Shown here: positions 39,726 through 46,092 of the stretch, one piece after another
Layout of the letters: the number at the start of each line of letters is the position of its first letter
How positions within the stretch are numbered: position 1 is the stretch's first letter
DNA from: Paraphysomonas bandaiensis
Lineage: Eukaryota; Protista; Chrysophyceae
Length of the DNA: 46,092 nucleotides
Direction of reading: 5' to 3'
Assembly: GCA_965644295.1 (NCBI GenBank)
Contig: CBFFRP010000667.1
Location: 1 to 46,092 of the forward strand
The notes under the pieces: model-generated
What the model saw: only the letters and a program-made list of their open reading frames with translations
What the model was told of the DNA's origin: nothing
The model's database searches: none
Translations under genes and position numbers: made by a program

Positions 39726-41573
39726 CAGCGCATTCTCGATATATCGCGGAAAGTGTCCTGGAGAGGAAATCGCGATATATCGCAATATCGCGATATACAA
39801 TTTAATAGTAAAATACAGCACTGTATTCCGCAAAGTCGTAGAGAGCAAGTTTAAGGAGCTTAAGACTGTGCAATATATCCACAATGTCGTGTCTGTATAG
39901 CATAGTACTCCTTGTACTGAATGGCACATGCAAAGAATTTGTGAAATAAGTTATATATCATTATTTATGGAATTTATGGTATTCAATTTCTTAACACACT
40001 TACTACATTCCTAGCTAACAATAAGATAAAATTATTAAATTTCATGGACTTCAGAACCTTTAGTACGTGCTGAAAAAAACTGATGCAGAGAAGTTTGTAC
40101 CTTAGAATGATTCTTGTGCCTTTCTGTATGAATATTATTCTGCACTTTTCTGAGGAGCTCAATATGCGCTGTTGAATGCCCCTCCTGGGTAGCATAATCG
40201 AGTAACATTAAAACAGCATTGTCGGCTTGCACAGCAGTAATAGCACTATCATTTCCATTGGTGTTAATACAATCATCCTCGTCATCGTCATCGCCTTCGT
40301 CCTCTAAAGACATTGACTGCTGAAGTGCAGTGATACTGCTCTTATTTGTTCTTCATTATGTGTCATTATAATAAAGAATTGATCTTTATAATAGTAAAAC
40401 AATGTTGTGATTATTAGAGTGTTAGTAATGAACACGATAGAGTGAAAATTATGAATAACAATATAGAACATAGCAATATTCAACCTATGTTGTACAGATG
40501 GTATGTACAAACTTAAGCATATACAATAGAGAGCTCATATAGCATAAAATAACCTGATAGCTGGTTCTTACACGCATTAAGGTTTCCGTAAATTGAATTA
40601 TTAGTACTTGTCTTATAATGTCACTTGATAATGAAACCCTACTGCTTAACCAATTAAAAGTTTTCTCATACTCATCCTCTGTATCAAAGTTTGACATTAT
40701 ATGAGAAGTATTAACTTAACAACAGAAGGTAAACTTATACTCAATGCTTCAATTCAGCTTTCAATTGCCTGCACTTCGATGTTCACTCCAAAGTCATATT
40801 ACGCATTCGTTTGAGGTAAATATCCCCCAGTGCATTTTCCTTAGTGTACTCTTCAGTAATTGCCAAACATGTCTCCGCCTTTTTCGGCTTTTGCCCAAGT
40901 TTCAATCAGGTGTCCAAGTGTTGCTATTTGTGAACTCCATGCATTCTCAGGGAATGACTCCAGAATGGTCTCATGAGCCTCCTGTTATTGAGGGTATGTA
41001 ACGAAGAAATTTCTCAATAACAGGTATTCGAAGTTCTTGCAGCACGCGACATTGAATATCATGAGACATATATCCTTCTTATGAGCAGACGTCCTTCGAT
41101 GAGAGAAAAAGACTCTTGCGCATCATTACATTTCATCCTCAGGTTCGCATTCAACGAGAGTGTCGTCGACAGGATCTTATATTGACTCACTATCACTCAT
41201 GTTATCAATAAATGTGATTAATATACTATGGATATATGTTCATCTAGAGGTTTTTATGCTCCCCAAAATCCTTACCCCGACAAAAAATCTACATGGTAAG
41301 GATTCCAAATTTTACCCCCCCACTCTCTCTCCAGGGTAAGCATTTTGGTAAGCATTTTCAAAAACTTACCCCGAAAATGCTTACCAGGGTAAACAGAAAT
41401 TGATTTTCGGCGTATTTTGGTAAGGAATGCTTACCAAAAAAATGCTTACCCTTGTAACAGAAAATGACCTCAGTTTTCCATTATAATTATGTGTGATGAA
41501 GTGTCCTGGACCAAAATCCGCGATATAAAAGGGTATCGCGATATACATACCGCGATATATCGAGAATGCGCTG
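39726..41573 (-). mobile_element. Non-autonomous Tc1/mariner-pogo-like DNA transposon (1848 bp)
   Basis: Perfect 24-bp TIR CAGCGCATTCTCGATATATCGCGG (39726-39749 / 41550-41573), with TA on both sides. Decayed minus-strand coding remnants: EDEYEKTFNWLSSRVSLSSDIIRQV (CENP-B HTH-like), an acidic stretch and terminal QTSLHQFF (PIP-box-like, as in pogo transposases). No DDE core seen. Confidence 0.85.
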
Positions 41574-41639
41574 TACATACATACATACATACATACCTAC
41601 ATACATGTACATACCGACCTACATACATACATACATACA

Positions 41640-41673
<34 letters not shown>

Positions 41674-42051
41674 CATACATACATACATACATACATACAT
41701 ACATACATACATACATACATACATACATACATACATACATACATACAGTCATACATACATACATACATACATTAATACATTCATACATACATACATACAT
41801 ACATACATACATACATACATACATACATACATACATACATACATACATACATACATACATACATACATACATACATACATACATACATACATACATACAT
41901 ACATACATACATGCATACATACATACATACATACATACTACATGCATACATACATACATATATACATACATACATACATACATACATACATACATACATA
42001 CATACATACATACATACATACATACATACATACATGCATACATAGTACATA
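41574..42051. repeat. (TACA)n microsatellite, right of the TIR element
   Basis: ~480 bp with scattered variants; same strand and phase as the left array. Confidence 0.97.
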
Positions 42052-43546
42052 CGAAGAGAAAAAATGTACGGATCACTCTACTGTCGTCAGTACTACAGGC
42101 TGGCAATGACACGGATCCAATACTCCCGTTGTTCTTTATCGGTCTACACTACAGGTAGGCAAAGAAACAAGTCTCTTGACAGATACTACAGAAATTGTTA
42201 GTGACAAGAAATTATGAGACTCCCCTACAGTCATAATACTGTTCTCGTGTACTCATTCATATTTCGGTGTACATTCTAGACCGTATCCTACAGAGCTACA
42301 AATGCACTAAACTGAAAAATACAGCCGTCAGGGGAACAAAAATAACGACACTCTTGTCACTCGCACTTTCTCGTACCAACGTATCACTTTGCTCTTCGCA
42401 CCCCTGTGGCATGTGTATTGTCTCCTACAATACCACATGACATATACCTGTACAGAGTACCTTGAAGGGGCTTCGTCAATGCATCTGCAAGCATCATCTT
42501 CGTCGGTAAGTGCTGCAAACGAATATTTCCTGCCTTGTAATTCTCTCTGATGATCTCGCGCCTCACAAGTAGATATTTCGATCGATACTTGCCACCACCT
42601 TTCATCACAAGCGATAAAGTCGACGTATTGTCTTGAAGTACCACAGGTGCGTCGATATCGTATCCTTGTCCCTTGATGAAATCTGCACACTGTATCACCT
42701 GCATCATCATATCTGACAGTCCCACCAATTCAGATTCTGTCGAGTCTTTCGTGACCATCCGTTGCTTCGAGGATTTGCACAGAACTGTCGCGCCACCTAC
42801 CTTAACCACGAGTCCCGTATGTCCTTTGCCATCCTCATGACATGCGAACGCTGAATCGATGTATCCAGTGACAGCCAGCTCCTTCCCCACGCATAATACC
42901 AAGTTCTGTTCCTTAGTCGCATTGAGGTAGCGGGCTACTCTGTGAAGCTTTTCCATATCTGCCTGTGTAGGACTCTTCACTTTTGTACTCAGGTAAGCGA
43001 TTGCAAGCAATATATCCGGTCTCACTCTCTTAGCCAGGTATAATAATTGTGCCACCATCTTATGGAACTTTCTCCTCTCATTCTTGTTGATCAATTTAGT
43101 CGTAGTGTTCTTAAATAACGCACCAGTAGCTGGTGATGCAGCATTCCCTGTTACACCGTGTTCCTGTAGAAAATTCTCTATGTATGACTTCATAGACACC
43201 GTGATCTCGCCGTCCTCTGCTATTATTATATGCATGCCTAGGTAGGATAGATTTTTTTCATCGCTATACTTTACTTCCACAAAACGCTCCCTGAGCTCTT
43301 GTACAAGCTTCTTGGTATCTTCCTCCTTGTGTGACATAACCAGTAGGTCGTCACCGTCGTCACCAACAAGTTGTGGAACATCTTCATCTTCATTCTCTGC
43401 TGAGTCGACTACATCTTCATGACTCGTTCGCGACTCCAGTTGTCGTTCGCCTTTCGCTGATTCTTCCAAGTAAGTCGAGTTATGATCCTCTTCATTAGAC
43501 TCATGTCCCTCTGGCAGGTTCATCTTATCCTCCTCTCTATCCAGCC
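42052..43546 (-). mobile_element. Truncated Copia element of a second family: linker, partial RT, RNase H and probable 3' LTR (42052-42398)
   Basis: DDLLV, SYLGM, LLYLAKRVRPDI, YIDSAFACHEDGKGHTG, DSTESEL, QDNTS, MLADALTKPLQG. PPT-like ACAGGGGTG. Inverted heptamer CGAAGAG (42052-42058) / CTCTTCG (42392-42398). 5' part absent. Confidence 0.88.
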
Positions 43547-46092
43547 TATGTTATATATGATATGTTATATATGATATGGTATATATGATATGTTATATAT
43601 GATATGGTATATATGATATGGTATATATGATATGTTATATATGATATGTTATATATGATATGTTATATATGATATGTTATATATGATATGTTATATATGA
43701 TATGTTATATATGATATGTTATATATGATATGTTATATATGATATGTTATATATGATATGTTATATATGATATGTTATATATGATATGTTATATATGATA
43801 TGTTATATATGATATGTTATATATGATATGTTATATATGATATGTTATATATGATATGGTATATATGATATGTTATATATGATATGTTATATATGATATG
43901 TTATATATGATATGTTATATATGATATGGTATATATGATATGTTATATATGATATGTTATATATGATATGTTATATATGATATGTTATATATGATATGTT
44001 ATATATGATATGTTATATATGATATGTTATATATGATATGTTATATATGATATGGTATATATGATATGGTATATATGATATGTTATATATGATATGTTAT
44101 ATATGATATGTTATATATGATATGTTATATATGATATGGTATATATGATATGTTATATATGATATGTTATATATGATATGTTATATATGATATGGTATAT
44201 ATGATATGTTATATATGATATGGTATATATGATATGTTATATATGATATGTTATATATGATATGTTATATATGATATGGTATATATGATATGTTATATAT
44301 GATATGGTATATATGATATGTTATATATGATATGGTATATATGATATGTTATATATGATATGTTATATATGATATGTTATATATGATATGTTATATATGA
44401 TATGGTATATATGATATGTTATATATGATATGTTATATATGATATGGTATATATGATATGTTATATATGATATGTTATATATGATATGGTATATATGATA
44501 TGGTATATATGATATGTTATATATGATATGGTATATATGATATGGTATATATGATATGTTATATATGATATGTTATATATGATATGTTATATATGATATG
44601 GTATATATGATATGTTATATATGATATGTTATATATGATATGTTATATATGATATGTTATATATGATATGTTATATATGATATGGTATATATGATATGTT
44701 ATATATGATATGTTATATATGATATGGTATATATGATATGTTATATATGATATGTTATATATGATATGGTATATATGATATGTTATATATGATATGTTAT
44801 ATATGATATGTTATATATGATATGTTATATATGATATGTTATATATGATATGTTATATATGATATGTTATATATGATATGTTATATATGATATGGTATAT
44901 ATGATATGTTATATATGATATGTTATATATGATATGTTATATATGATATGTTATATATGATATGGTATATATGATATGTTATATATGATATGTTATATAT
45001 GATATGTTATATATGATATGTTATATATGATATGGTATATATGATATGGTATATATGATATGGTATATATGATATGTTATATATGATATGGTATATATGA
45101 TATGTTATATATGATATGGTATATATGATATGTTATATATGATATGGTATATATGATATGTTATATATGATATGGTATATATGATATGGTATATATGATA
45201 TGTTATATATGATATGTTATATATGATATGGTATATATGATATGTTATATATGATATGTTATATATGATATGTTATATATGATATGGTATATATGATATG
45301 GTATATATGATATGTTATATATGATATGTTATATATGATATGTTATATATGATATGTTATATATGATATGTTATATATGATATGTTATATATGATATGTT
45401 ATATATGATATGTTATATATGATATGGTATATATGATATGGTATATATGATATGTTATATATGATATGTTATATATGATATGGTATATATGATATGTTAT
45501 ATATGATATGGTATATATGATATGTTATATATGATATGTTATATATGATATGTTATATATGATATGTTATATATGATATGGTATATATGATATGTTATAT
45601 ATGATATGTTATATATGATATGTTATATATGATATGTTATATATGATATGGTATATATGATATGTTATATATGATATGTTATATATGATATGGTATATAT
45701 GATATGTTATATATGATATGTTATATATGATATGTTATATATGATATGTTATATATGATATGGTATATATGATATGGTATATATGATATGTTATATATGA
45801 TATGGTATATATGATATGTTATATATGATATGTTATATATGATATGTTATATATGATATGGTATATATGATATGGTATATATGATATGTTATATATGATA
45901 TGTTATATATGATATGGTATATATGATATGTTATATATGATATGTTATATATGATATGTTATATATGATATGTTATATATGATATGTTATATATGATATG
46001 TTATATATGATATGTTATATATGATATGTTATATATGATATGGTATATATGATATGGTATATATGATATGTTATATATGATATGTTATATAT
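43547..46092 (+). repeat. 14-nt tandem array TATG(T/G)TATATATGA, ~182 units, running to the window end; candidate telomere or minisatellite
   Basis: Phase kept without indels over 2.5 kb; only one variable position seen; no C on the + strand. Confidence 0.95.

Noticed and set aside
42384-43523. 379-aa ORF as a standalone gene
   Set aside because: The Met at 43523 is internal; the frame continues to the 14-mer junction and the product is a deleted Copia Pol fragment.
43547-46092. T/G pattern as a designed binary code or coding sequence
   Set aside because: The 14-nt period cycles through frames with TGA/TAA stops and I saw no framing or periodic structure; stochastic variation suffices pending a statistical test.

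Overview
Eukaryotic, gene-dense protist DNA with many short (~50 nt) GT-AG introns; protein content suggests a stramenopile/ochrophyte (inference). Left to right: (1) ~19 near-identical 516-bp tandem repeats. These are not a non-coding satellite but one ~9.9-kb open exon (172-aa Ser/Asp/Glu-rich units), spliced in frame to a multi-exon coiled-coil gene on the minus strand. (2) A Sey1/RHD3-like gene fragment. (3) A young full-length Ty1/Copia element with 294-bp LTRs, a GTATT TSD, TA...CA termini and one frameshift. (4) Housekeeping and other genes: putative glycosyltransferase, tRNA-Val(CAC), tandem USP protein, ACSF2-like acyl-CoA synthetase, small membrane protein, AGC-like kinase with an atypical catalytic loop, signal-peptide aldo-keto reductase, and a large EF-hand/C2H2/CBM48/LRR protein. 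(5) A (TACA)n microsatellite holding a pogo-like TIR transposon and abutted by a second Copia whose LTR appears to have CG...CG termini. (6) That Copia is cut abruptly by a 2.5-kb array of a 14-nt unit with exactly one variable (T/G) position, running to the window end: a candidate novel telomerase-type repeat. All calls are by eye, with no database searches.
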